Shown here: in pieces, positions 1-13,500 of the stretch | Layout of the letters: each line of letters opens with the position of its first letter | Numbering within the stretch: the first letter of the stretch is position 1 | Source of the DNA: Antedon mediterranea | Lineage: Eukaryota > Animalia > Echinodermata | Length of the DNA: 64,000 bases | Reading direction: 5' to 3' | Assembly: GCF_964355755.1 (NCBI RefSeq) | Contig: NC_092678.1 | Location: 11,158,352-11,222,351 of the forward strand | Made by a program: the position numbers and the translations under genes | The notes under the pieces: model-generated | Database searches by the model: none | The model's input: the letters and a program-made list of their open reading frames with translations, nothing else | What the model was told of the DNA's origin: nothing

Positions 1-3000
1 TGATTAATTACTGGCCATTGTATTGATTTGTACCATTGAATGGAACAAAATGATTAATTACTGGCCATTGTATTGAGTTGTACCATTGAATGGAACAAAA
101 TGATTAATTACTGGCCATTGTATTGAGTTGTACCATTGAATGGAACAAAATGATTAATTACTGGCCATTGTATTGAGTTGTACCATTGAATGGAACAAAA
201 TGATTAATTACTGGCCATTGTATTGAGTTGTACCATTGAATGGAGCAAAATGCTTAATTACTGGCCATTGTATTGAGTTGTGCCATTGAATGGAACAAAA
301 TGCTTAATTACTGGCCATTGTATTGAGTTGTACCATTGAATGGAACAAAATGATTAATTACTAACCATTGTATTGAGTTGTACCATTGAATGGAACAAAA
401 TGATTACTTACTGGCCATTTTATTGAGTTGTACCATTGAAGGGAACAAATGATTAATTACTGGCCATTGTATTGAGTTGTACCATTGAATGGAACAAAAT
501 GATTAATTACTGGCCATTGTATTGAGTTTTACCATTGAATGGAACAAAATGATTAATTACTGGCCATTGTATTGAGTTGTACCATTGAATGGAACAAAAT
601 GATTAATTACTGGCCATTGTATTGAGTTGTACCATTGAATGGAACGAAATGATTAATTACTGGCAATTGTATTGAGTTGTACCATTGAATGGAACAAAAT
701 GATTAATTATTGGCCATTGTATTGAGTTGTACTATTGAATGGAACAAAATGATTAATTACTAACCATTGTATTGAGTTGTACCATTGAATGGAACAAAAT
801 GATTAATTACTGACCATTGAATGGAACAAAATGATTAATTACTGGCCATTGTATTGAGTTGTACCATTGAATGGAACAAAATGATTAATTACTGGCCATT
901 GTATTGAGTTGTACCATTGAATGGAACAAAATGATTAATTACTGGCAATTGTATTGAGTTGTACCATTGAATGGAACAAACTGATTAATTACTGGCCATT
1001 GTATTGAGTTGTACCATTGAATGGAACAAAATGATTAATTACAGGCCATTGTATTGAGTTTTACCATTGAATGGAACAAAATGATTAATTACTGGCCATT
1101 GTATTGAGTTGTACCATTGAATGGAACAAAATGATTAATTACTGGCCATTGTATTGAGTTGTACCATTGAATGGAACGAAATGATTAATTACTGGCCATT
1201 GTATTGAGTTGTACCATTGAATGGAACAAAATGATTAATTACTAACCATTGTATTGGGTTGTACCATTGAATGGAACAAAATGATTACTTACTGGCCATT
1301 TTATTGAGTTGTACCATTGAAGGGAACAAATGATTAATTACTGGCCATTGTATTGAGTTGTACCATTGAATGGAACAAAATGATTAATTACTGGCCATTG
1401 AATTGAGTTGTACCATTGAATGGAACAAAATGATTAATTACTGGCCATTGTATTAAGTTGTACCATTGAATGGAAAAAAATGATTAATTACTGGCCATTG
1501 TATTGAGTTGTACCATTGAATGGAACAAAATGATTAATTATTGGCCATTGTATTGAGTTGTACTATTGAATGGAACAAAATGATTAATTACTAACCATTG
1601 CATTGAGTTGTACTATTGAATGGAACAAAATGATTAATTACTAACCATTGTATTGAGTTGTACCATTGAATGGAACAAAATGATTAATTACTGACCATTG
1701 AATGGAACAAAATGATTAATTACTGGCCATTGTATTGAGTTGTACCATTGAATTGAACAAAATGATTAATTACTGGCCATTGTATTGAATTGTGCTATTG
1801 AATTGAACAAAATGATTAATTACTGGCCATTGTATTGAGTTGTACCATTGAATGGAACAAAATGATTAATTACTGGCCATTGTATTGAGTTGTACCATTG
1901 AATGGAACAAAATGATTAATTACTGGCCATTGTATTGAGTTGTACCATTGAATGGAACGAAATGATTAATTACTGGCCATTGTATTGAGTTGTACCATTG
2001 AATGGAACAAAATGATTAATTACTAACCATTGTATTGAGTTGTACCATTGAATGGAACAAAATGATTAATTACTAACCATTGTATTGAGTTGTACCATTG
2101 AATGGAACAAAATGATTAATTACTAACCATTGTATTGGGTTGTACCATTGAATGGAACAAAATGATTACTTACTGGCCATTTTATTGAGTTGTACCATTG
2201 AAGGGAACAAATGATTAATTACTGGCCATTGTATTGAGTTGTACCATTGAATGGAACAAAATGATTAATTACTGGCCATTGAATTGAGTTGTACCATTGA
2301 ATGGAACAAAATGATTAATTACTGGCCATTGTATTAAGTTGTACCATTGAATGGAAAAAAATGATTAATTACTGGCCATTGTATTGAGTTGTACCATTGA
2401 ATGGAACAAAATGATTAATTATTGGCCATTGTATTGAGTTGTACTATTGAATGGAACAAAATGATTAATTACTAACCATTGCATTGAGTTGTACTATTGA
2501 ATGGAACAAAATGATTAATTACTAACCATTGTATTGAGTTGTACCATTGAATGGAACAAAATGATTAATTACTGACCATTGAATGGAACAAAATGATTAA
2601 TTACTGGCCATTGTATTGAGTTGTACCATTGAATGGAACAAAATGATTAATTACTGGCCATTGTATTGAGTTGTACCATTGAATGGAACAAAATGATTAA
2701 TTACTGGCCATTGTATTGAGTTGTACCATTGAATGGAGCAAAATGCTTAATTACTGGCCATTGTATTGAGTTGTACCATTGAATGGAACAAAATGCTTAA
2801 TTACTGGCCACTGTATTGAGTTGTACCATTGAATGGAACAAAATGATTAATTACTGGCCATTGTATTGATTTGTATCATTGAATGGAACAAATGATTAAT
2901 TACTGGCCATTGTATTGAGTTGTACCATTGAATGGAACTAACTGATTAATTACTGGCCATTGTATTGACTTGTACCATTGAATGGAACAAAATGATTAAT

Positions 3001-6000
3001 TACTGGCCATTGTATTGAGTTGTACCATTGAATGGAACGAAATGATTAATTACTGGCCATTGTATTGAGTTGTACCATTGAATGGAACAAAATGATTAAT
3101 TACTAACCATTGTATTGAGTTGTACCATTGAATGGAACAAAATGATTAATTACTGGCCATTGAATTGAGTTGTACCATTGAATGGAACAAAATGATTAAT
3201 TACTGGCCATTGTATTGATTTGTACCCTTGAATGGAACAAAATGATTAATTACTGGCCATTGAATTGAGTTGTACCATTGAATGGAACAAAATGATTAAT
3301 TACTGGCCATTGTATTGAGTTGTACCATTGAATGGAACAAAATGATTAATTACTGGCCATTGTATTGAGTTGTACCATTGAATGGAACAAAATGATTAAT
3401 TACTGGCCATTGTATTGAGTTGTACCATTGAATGGAACAAAATGATTAATTACTGGCCATTGTATTGAGTTGTACCATTGAATGGAGCAAAATGCTTAAT
3501 TACTGGCCATTGTTTTGAGTTGTGCCATTGAATGGAACAAAATGCTTAATTACTGGCCATTGTATTGAGTTGTACCATTGAATGGAACAAAATGATTAAT
3601 TACTAACCATTGTATTGAGTTGTACCATTGAATGGAACAAAATGATTGATTACTGACCATTGTATTGAGTTGTACCATTGAATGGAACAAAATGATTAAT
3701 TACTGGCCATTTTATTGAGTTGTACCATTGAAGGGAACAAATGATTAATTACTGGCCATTGTATTGAGTTGTACCATTGAATAGAACAAAATGATTAATT
3801 ACTGGCCATTGTATTGAGTTGTACCATTGAATGGAACGAAATGATTAATTACTGGCCATTGTATTGAGTTGTACCATTGAATGGAACAAAATGATTAATT
3901 ATTGGCCATTGTATTGAGTTGTACTATTGAATGGAACAAAATGATTAATTACTAACCATTTTATTGAGTTGTACTATTGAATGGAACAAAATGATTAATT
4001 ACTAACCATTGTATTGAGTTGTACCATTGAATGGAACAAAATGATTAATTACTGACCATTGAATGGAACAAAATGATTAATTACTGGCCATTGTATTGAG
4101 TTGTACCATTGAATTGAACAAAATGATTAATTACTGGCCATTGTATTGAGTTGTGCCATTGAATTGAACAAAAAGATTAATTACTGGCCATTGTATTGAG
4201 TTGTACCATTGAATGGAACAAAATGATTAATTACTGGCCATTGTATTGACTTGTACCATTGAATGGAACAAAATGATTAATTACTGGCCATTGTATTGAG
4301 TTGTACCATTGAATGGAACGAAATGATTAATTACTGGCCATTGTATTGAGTTGTACCATTGAATGGAACAAAATGATTAATTACTAACCATTGTATTGAG
4401 TTGTACCATTGAATGGAACAAAATGATTAATTACTGGCCAATGAATTGAGTTGTACCATTGAATGGAACAAAATGATTAATTACTGGCCATTGTATTGAG
4501 TTGTACCCTTGAATGGAACAAAATGATTAATTACTGGCCATTGAATTGAGTTGTACCATTGAATGGAACAAAATGATTAATTACTGTCCATTGTATTAAG
4601 TTGTACCATTGAATGGAACAAAATGATTAATTATTGGCCATTGTATTGAGTTGTACCATTGAATGGAACAAAATGATTAATTACTGGCCATTGAATTGAG
4701 TTGTACCATTGAATGGAACAAAATGATTAATTACTGGCCATTGTATTAAGTTGTACCATTGAATGGAAAAAAATGATTAATTACTGGCCATTGTATTGAC
4801 TTGTACCATTGAATGGAACAAAATGATTAATTACTGGCCATTGTATTGAGTTGTACCATTGAATTGAACAAAATGATTAATTACTGGCCATTGTATTGAG
4901 TTGTACCATTGAATGGAACAAAATGATTAATTACTGGCGATTGTATTGAGTTGTACCATTGAATGGAACAAAATGATTAATTACTGGCCATTGTATTGAG
5001 TTGTACCATTGAATGGAACAAAATGATTAATTACTGGCCATTGTATTGAGTTGTACCATTGAATGGAGCAAAATGCTTAATTACTGGCCATTGTATTGAG
5101 TTGTACCATTGAATGGAACAAAATGCTTAATTACTGGCCATTGTATTGAGTTGTACCATTGAATGGAACAAAATGATTAATTACTGGCCATTGTATTGAT
5201 TTGTATCATTGAATGGAACAAATGATTAATTACTGGCCATTGTATTGAGTTGTACCATTGAATGGAACTAACTGATTAATTACTGGCCATTGTATTGACT
5301 TGTACCATTGAATGGAACAAAATGATTAATTACTGGCCATTGTATTGAGTTGTACCATTGAATGGAACGAAATGATTAATTACTGGCCATTGTATTGAGT
5401 TGTACCATTGAATGGAACAAAATGATTAATTACTGGCCATTGTATTGAGTTGTACCCTTGAATGGAACAAAATGATTAATTACTGGCCATTGAATTGAGT
5501 TGTACCATTGAATGGAACAAAATGATTAATTACTGTCCATTGTATTAAGTTGTACCATTGAATGGAACAAAATGATTAATTATTGGCCATTGTATTGAGT
5601 TGTACCATTGAATGGAACAAAATGATTAATTACTGGCCATTGAATTGAGTTGTACCATTGAATGGAACAAAATGATTAATTACTGGCCATTGTATTAAGT
5701 TGTACCATTGAATGGAAAAAAATGATTAATTACTGGCCATTGTATTGACTTGTACCATTGAATGGAACAAAATGATTAATTACTGGCCATTGTATTGAGT
5801 TGTACCATTGAATTGAACAAAATGATTAATTAATTACTGGCCATTGTATTGAGTTGTACCATTGAATGGAACAAAATGATTAATTACTGGCGATTGTATT
5901 GAGTTGTACCATTGAATGGAACAAAATGATTAATTACTGGCCATTGTATTGAGTTGTACCATTGAATGGAACAAAATGATTAATTACTGGCCATTGTATT

Positions 6001-9000
6001 GAGTTGTACCATTGAATGGAGCAAAATGCTTAATTACTGGCCATTGTATTGAGTTGTACCATTGAATGGAACAAAATGCTTAATTACTGGCCATTGTATT
6101 GAGTTGTACCATTGAATGGAACAAAATGATTAATTACTGGCCATTGTATTGATTTGTATCATTGAATGGAACAAATGATTAATTACTGGCCATTGTATTG
6201 AGTTGTACCATTGAATGGAACTAACTGATTAATTACTGGCCATTGTATTGACTTGTACCATTGAATGGAACAAAATGATTAATTACTGGCCATTGTATTG
6301 AGTTGTACCATTGAATGGAACGAAATGATTAATTACTGGCCATTGTATTGAGTTGTACCATTGAATGGAACAAAATGATTAATTACTAACCATTGTATTG
6401 AGTTGTACCATTGAATGGAACAAAATGATTAATTACTGGCCATTGAATTGAGTTGTACCATTGAATGGAACAAAATGATTAATTACTGGCCATTGTATTG
6501 ATTTGTACCCTTGAATGGAACAAAATGATTAATTACTGGCCATTGAATTGAGTTGTACCATTGAATGGAACAAAATGATTAATTACTGGCCATTGTATTG
6601 AGTTGTACCATTGAATGGAACAAAATGATTAATTACTGGCCATTGTATTGAGTTGTACCATTGAATGGAACAAAATGATTAATTACTGGCCATTGTATTG
6701 AGTTGTACCATTGAATGGAACAAAATGATTAATTACTGGCCATTGTATTGAGTTGTACCATTGAATGGAGCAAAATGCTTAATTACTGGCCATTGTATTG
6801 AGTTGTGCCATTGAATGGAACAAAATGCTTAATTACTGGCCATTGTATTGAGTTGTACCATTGAATGGAACAAAATGATTAATTACTAACCATTGTATTG
6901 AGTTGTACCATTGAATGGAACAAAATGATTACTTACTGGCCATTTTATTGAGTTGTACCATTGAAGGGAACAAATGATTAATTACTGGCCATTGTATTGA
7001 GTTGTACCATTGAATGGAACAAAATGATTAATTACTGGCCATTGTATTGAGTTTTAACATTGAATGGAACAAAATGATTAATTACTGGCCATTGTATTGA
7101 GTTGTACCATTGAATGGAACAAAATGATTAATTACTGGCCATTGTATTGAGTTGTACCATTGAATGGAACGAAATGATTAATTACTGGCAATTGTATTGA
7201 GTTGTACCATTGAATGGAACAAAATGATTAATTACTGACCATTGAATGGAACAAAATGATTAATTACTGGCCATTGTATTGAGTTGTACCATTGAATGGA
7301 ACAAAATGATTAATTACTGGCCATTGTATTGAGTTGTACCATTGAATGGAACAAAATGATTAATTACTGGCAATTGTATTGAGTTGTACCATTGAATGGA
7401 ACAAACTGATTAATTACTGGCCATTGTATTGAGTTGTACCATTGAATGGAACAAAATGATTAATTACAGGCCATTGTATTGAGTTTTACCATTGAATGGA
7501 ACAAAATGATTAATTACTGGCCATTGTATTGAGTTGTACCATTGAATGGAACAAAATGATTAATTACTGGCCATTGTATTGAGTTGTACCATTGAATGGA
7601 ACGAAATGATTAATTACTGGCCATTGTATTGAGTTGTACCATTGAATGGAACAAAATGATTAATTACTAACCATTGTATTGGGTTGTACCATTGAATGGA
7701 ACAAAATGATTACTTACTGGCCATTTTATTGAGTTGTACCATTGAAGGGAACAAATGATTAATTACTGGCCATTGTATTGAGTTGTACCATTGAATGGAA
7801 CAAAATGATTAATTACTGGCCATTGTATTGAGTTGTACCATTGAATGGAACAAAATGATTAATTACTGGCCATTGTATTGAGTTGTACCATTGAATGGAG
7901 CAAAATGCTTAATTACTGGCCATTGTATTGAGTTGTACCATTGAATGGAACAAAATGCTTAATTACTGGCCATTGTATTGAGTTGTACCATTGAATGGAA
8001 CAAAATGATTAATTACTGGCCATTGTATTGATTTGTATCATTGAATGGAACAAATGATTAATTACTGGCCATTGTATTGAGTTGTACCATTGAATGGAAC
8101 AAACTGATTAATTACTGGCCATTGTATTGAGTTGTACCATTGAATGGAACAAAATGATTAATTACTGGCCATTGTATTGAGTTTTACCATTGAATGGAAC
8201 AAAATGATTAATTACTGGCCATTGTATTGAGTTGTACCCTTGAATGGAACAAAATGATTAATTACTGGCCATTATATTGAGTTGTACCATTGAATGGAAC
8301 AAAATGATTAATTACTGGCCATTGTATTGAGTTGTACCATTGAATGGAACAAAATGATTAATTACTGGCAATTGTATTGAGTTGTACCATTGAATGGAAC
8401 AAACTGATTAATTACTGGCCATTGTATTGAGTTGTACCATTGAATGGAACAAAATGATTAATTACAGGCCATTGTATTGAGTTTTACCATTGAATGGAAC
8501 AAAATGATTAATTACTGGCCATTGTATTGAGTTGTACCATTGAATGGAACAAAATGATTAATTACTGGCCATTGTATTGAGTTGTACCATTGAATGGAAC
8601 GAAATGATTAATTACTGGCCATTGTATTGAGTTGTACCATTGAATGGAACAAAATGATTAATTAATAACCATTGTATTGGGTTGTACCATTGAATGGAAC
8701 AAAATGATTACTTACTGGCCATTTTATTGAGTTGTACCATTGAAGGGAACAAATGATTAATTACTGGCCATTGTATTGAGTTGTACCATTGAATGGAACA
8801 AAATGATTAATTACTGGCCATTGAATTGAGTTGTACCATTGAATGGAACAAAATGATTAATTACTGGCCATTGTATTAAGTTGTACCATTGAATGGAAAA
8901 AAATGATTAATTACTGGCCATTGTATTGAGTTGTACCATTGAATGGAACAAAATGATTAATTATTGGCCATTGTATTGAGTTGTACTATTGAATGAAACA

Positions 9001-9890
9001 AAATGATTAATTACTAACCATTGCATTGAGTTGTACTATTGAATGGAACAAAATGATTAATTACTAACCATTGTATTGAGTTGTACCATTGAATGGAACA
9101 AAATGATTAATTACTGACCATTGAATGGAACAAAATGATTAATTACTGGCCATTGTATTGAGTTGTACCATTGAATTGAACAAAATGATTAATTACTGGC
9201 CATTGTATTGAATTGTGCTATTGAATTGAACAAAATGATTAATTACTGGCCATTGTATTGAGTTGTACCATTGAATGGAACAAAATGATTAATTACTGGC
9301 CATTGTATTGACTTGTACCATTGAATGGAACAAAATGATTAATTACTGGCCATTGTATTGAGTTGTACCATTGAATGGAACGAAATGATTAATTACTGGC
9401 CATTCTATTGAGTTGTACCATTGAATGGAACAAAATGATTAATTACTAACCATTGTATTGAGTTGTACCATTGAATGGAACAAAATGATTAATTACTGGC
9501 CATTGAATTGAGTTGTACCATTGAATGGAACAAAATGATTAATTACTGGCCATTGTATTGAGTTGTACCCTTGAATGGAACAAAATGATTAATTACTGGC
9601 CATTGAATTGAGTTGTACCATTGAATGGAACAAAATGATTAATTATTGGCCATTGTATTGAGTTGTACCATTGAATGGAAAAAAATGATTAATTACTGGC
9701 CATTGTATTGAGTTGTACCATTGAATTGAACAAAATGATTAATTACTGTCCATTGTATTGAGTTGTACCATTGAATGGAACAAAATGATTAATTACTGGC
9801 CATTGTATTGAGTTGTACCATTGAATGGAACAAAATGATTAATTACTGGCCATTGTATTGAGTTGTACCATTGAAGGGAACAAATGATTA
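1..9890. repeat. 50-bp satellite array, segment 1 (continues beyond the window start)
   Basis: Head-to-tail copies of TGATTAATTACTGGCCATTGTATTGAGTTGTACCATTGAATGGAACAAAA with recurrent point variants plus 49-bp and 32-bp variant monomers. Confidence 0.99.
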
Positions 9891-10382
9891 TTTAATTGGA
9901 TCTACCAATTAGGTCAGCTGCTGTTGATTCCTTGTTTTAATGTACGCAGCTCTCACAACATACAGAAATTAAAAGAGTAAAATTAATGTTTAAAGTACTT
10001 CCTTTAATATGCACCATCCACAATAATGTCAACATTTGCAAAGTAATTCCAAAACAAAGTAAAATCCCAGAGATATCCAATAGTAATAAAGTGTAAATAA
10101 TAAACTGTAGAGCTAGAGCTGGTAAAAGAAAAATAATGGCTGCTGTGCACTTGCACAGACCTGTACCCTTGCACAGGCAAACAACAACTGAACAGAACAA
10201 AAGAAAATTAGGACAAAGGAAAACAAAGGAGAAACAGCACACTGTGCACACTTGGCAAATAATATGTAAATGAGAATGCAAATAAGAAAGTAACAGAATA
10301 AATGAATATTCATAGGGCAGAAACTTCTATTATAATAGGAACTAAAGTAATATAAAATAAATACATGCACTCTGCAGTAACA
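9891..10382 (-). repeat. 3' LTR of the BEL element (492 bp)
   Basis: Direct repeat of 17174-17665 at offset 7283 with no difference seen by eye. Sense strand reads TGTTACTG...CCAATTAAA. Confidence 0.97.
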
Positions 10383-10392
10383 TGGCTCCCTC
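10383..10392 (-). other. Polypurine-tract-like plus-strand priming site
   Basis: Sense GAGGGAGCCA immediately precedes the TG of the 3' LTR. Confidence 0.75.
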
Positions 10393-10593
10393 AAGGACGT
10401 AAAGTAATTACATTAACATTGAAGTCCTTGTAAATTAAATATAAAAGTTCTTGTTGAAACATAAAATAAAAGTACACTCAAAAGTTCTAATGCATATCCA
10501 AGCAAAACGTTCATATGAAAATAAACAAATTTCTTGATTCCATTTTCTCAATACGCATCAAACGGTTGGCTCCCTGACTGGGATTGGACCACT

Positions 10594-13500
10594 TCAAGAA
10601 TCACTAGCCACTAACAATATCAACTTGTGAATAGGTCGTTCGTAATGACCACTCTGATGACGAAGTTTGACCTTCCTTACGAGATCATCCTTGCTCTTCA
10701 TCACTTCCACAATTCGACCAAGCTTCCAATCATTGCGTGGTGCATTTTCATCCTTGATGATAACTATGTCACCTACACAAAAATTCCTTCTAGTGACGTT
10801 CCACGTTTGTCTGGTTTGAAGAGTGGTGAGATACTCGTTACGCCACCGATGCCAAAACTGATTGGCCATAAACTGGACCCGCCGCCATCTCCTTCGGCAA
10901 TATATATCACTTGCCTGGAATTCGCCTGGTGGTGGTAACAGAATATTTGACTTCATTGTCAATAAGTGATTCGGTGTGAGTGCTTCTGGAGCTGTAGGAT
11001 CTGAAAGATTGTTTACAGTTAACGGACGTGAATTTACAATACTCTGTACCTCACACAAAAATGTGCGAAAAGTTTCGTCACACAGATGATCTCCACAGCT
11101 ATTCAATAATGGTGTCAACGCACTGCGCACAGTCCTTATTTGACGTTCCCATACGCCTCCCATGTGACTTGCTGAGGGAACATTAAGTATCCATCTACAT
11201 TGCTGGTCACGTAGAAAGTTTTGCACTTTAGAGAACTCGTTGATCGCCCCAACAAAATTTGTTCCCTGGTCCGATCGCATCTGGTATACTGGACCTCTTA
11301 TGCTTAAGAAACGTCGTAAGGCGTTTATGAATGAATTTGTTTCTAGTGAGTTGACTGATTCAAGATGTATAGCCCGAGACGCCATACAAGTAAATATTAC
11401 ACCATATCTCTTGACTCGACTCCTTCTCTCTTTGATAATAAATGGGCCAAATAAATCAACTCCACAATATGTAAATGGGGGCGATTCCGACAGTCTATCA
11501 ATAGGTAAGTCGGCCATTTTTTGGGCACCTAGTTGACCTCTGGATCGTCTACATGTCACACATTTTCGTAAGTATTGTGAGACAGCGGATACTGCGCCAA
11601 TCAACCAGAAACCACCTTGTCTTAGACTGTTTAACGTGGCACTTCTGCCCATATGGTTTACTTTCTTGTGGTGGTGATCAACAAGAAGAGTCATTAAAGG
11701 TGAGTATTTTGGTATGATTATAGGATGTTTTATTTCCATAGGCATAGACGAATAATGTATTCGACCGCCAACTCTCAGAATTCCAGATTCATCTAGAATT
11801 GGATGTAATTTACACAAACGGGAATTCTTGAGTGCAAATTTCTTGCTTTTAGCCACATCTCGGTCCGGTAAGTCATCTTTAAAGTTTTGCAAAACATTAA
11901 ATTCAGGTAAGTAATGTTCACATTGTACAGAACGAATGATTATTGTCTCTGCTACCTGCAAATCATCAACAGTCGGTATGAAGTCACCAGATAACTTGTT
12001 CATGATGCCATAGGTTTTAAGTTTGATTTTTGCTGCAGTAATTAATCTGGTCTTAAGGTTTAAAAGTCGAGCAATCACTATCTTTACCATTTTCCATTTG
12101 GAGAACTTCTTAATTATTCTACCAATCACATCATTCTTACTTGTAATTACAGCTGTGACAGCAAACGAGCGTTTAAATTCTGTGGAAACAAGTTTTGTTG
12201 CTTCCTCGTCGACGGCATTTTGTCTCAAACATTTTAATTCACCATCCTGCTTCAGAAAATCCGGTCCACCGATCCACTTTGAAGTTGTGAGTAATTTGAG
12301 AGTTGTCAGCCCTCGGCTTGCCTCATCACTTGGGTTATCTAAAGAATTGATGTAGTGCCAATCATCAACATCAGTTTGGTCATGAATTTGTTGCACTCGA
12401 TTACCAACAAACATTTGATACCGTGTAGCTACATTCTGTATGTACCCTAGTACAACTTTACTATCGGTCCAAAAGTAATCCTTTATTGGTACTTTAATAT
12501 CCATCTCATTCTTCAGAATATGACTGACTCGAGCTGATACCACTGCTGCGTTCAACTCAAGGCGAGGTATCGTAATCTTCTTATTAGCAGGAGTTACCCT
12601 GGCCTTGCCAAGCAAAAAGGAGACGGCTGCCTTCCCATCTCCATCAATTAATCGCAAGTACGAGCATTGACCGTACGCAGCTTCACTTGCATCTGAAAAA
12701 TGATGACATTCTGCGGTCACTGCTTTAAAATTGATTGGTTTATAACAACGTGGTATGCTTAGTGTATTTAAGTTCTTAATGTCTTCGCACCATCTCTCCC
12801 ATTTGCTCTGCTCTTCGGGACCCAAAGGATCGTCCCAATCAAGATTCTGTGCACAGACACTTTGCAGAACCATCTTTGCAACAATAAGGACAGGAGCGAT
12901 AAATCCTAACGGATCGTAAATGGAGCATACGGTCTTGAGAACATTTCGTCTGGTAGGGAGATAATCATTTAGTTGCACCCTAAATTTGAACTCATCACTT
13001 TCGATGCACCACGATACGCCTAACACTCTTTCAATAGGTAGAGTGTCAGACTTCACATTGATGTTATATAATGACTTGCCTCGTTGTCCTTCTGGAATAC
13101 AGCTGAGAACTTTCCTATCATTTGAGATCCATTTATGCAGTCTCAAACCGGCTTTAGCACATATACCTGTACTATTTTGTATTAATCTTATTGCTTCATC
13201 AGCTGTAGACAGGGACTTTAAACCATCATCGACGTAGAAGTCATTCTTTATGAAGTTTGCTGCTTCTTTTCCATAGAATTTTTCGCCATCTTCAGCTGCT
13301 CTCTTCAAACCAAAATTAGAGCAACCTGGCGAGCTAGTTGCTCCGAACAGATGAACCATCATTCTATATTCAATTACTTCATTGTTTGGATTATTGTCTT
13401 TAAACCACAGGAACCGCAGCAGATCTCTATCCGCATTAGCAACAAAGAATTGATGAAACATCCCCTTGATGTCAGCCATTATTGCGACGTTCTCCTGTCT

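Noticed and set aside
9937-10394. ORFs inside the LTRs (also 17220-17653)
   Set aside because: Low-complexity Phe/Cys/Leu-rich translations of T-rich LTR sequence, duplicated only because the LTR is. No env-like features.
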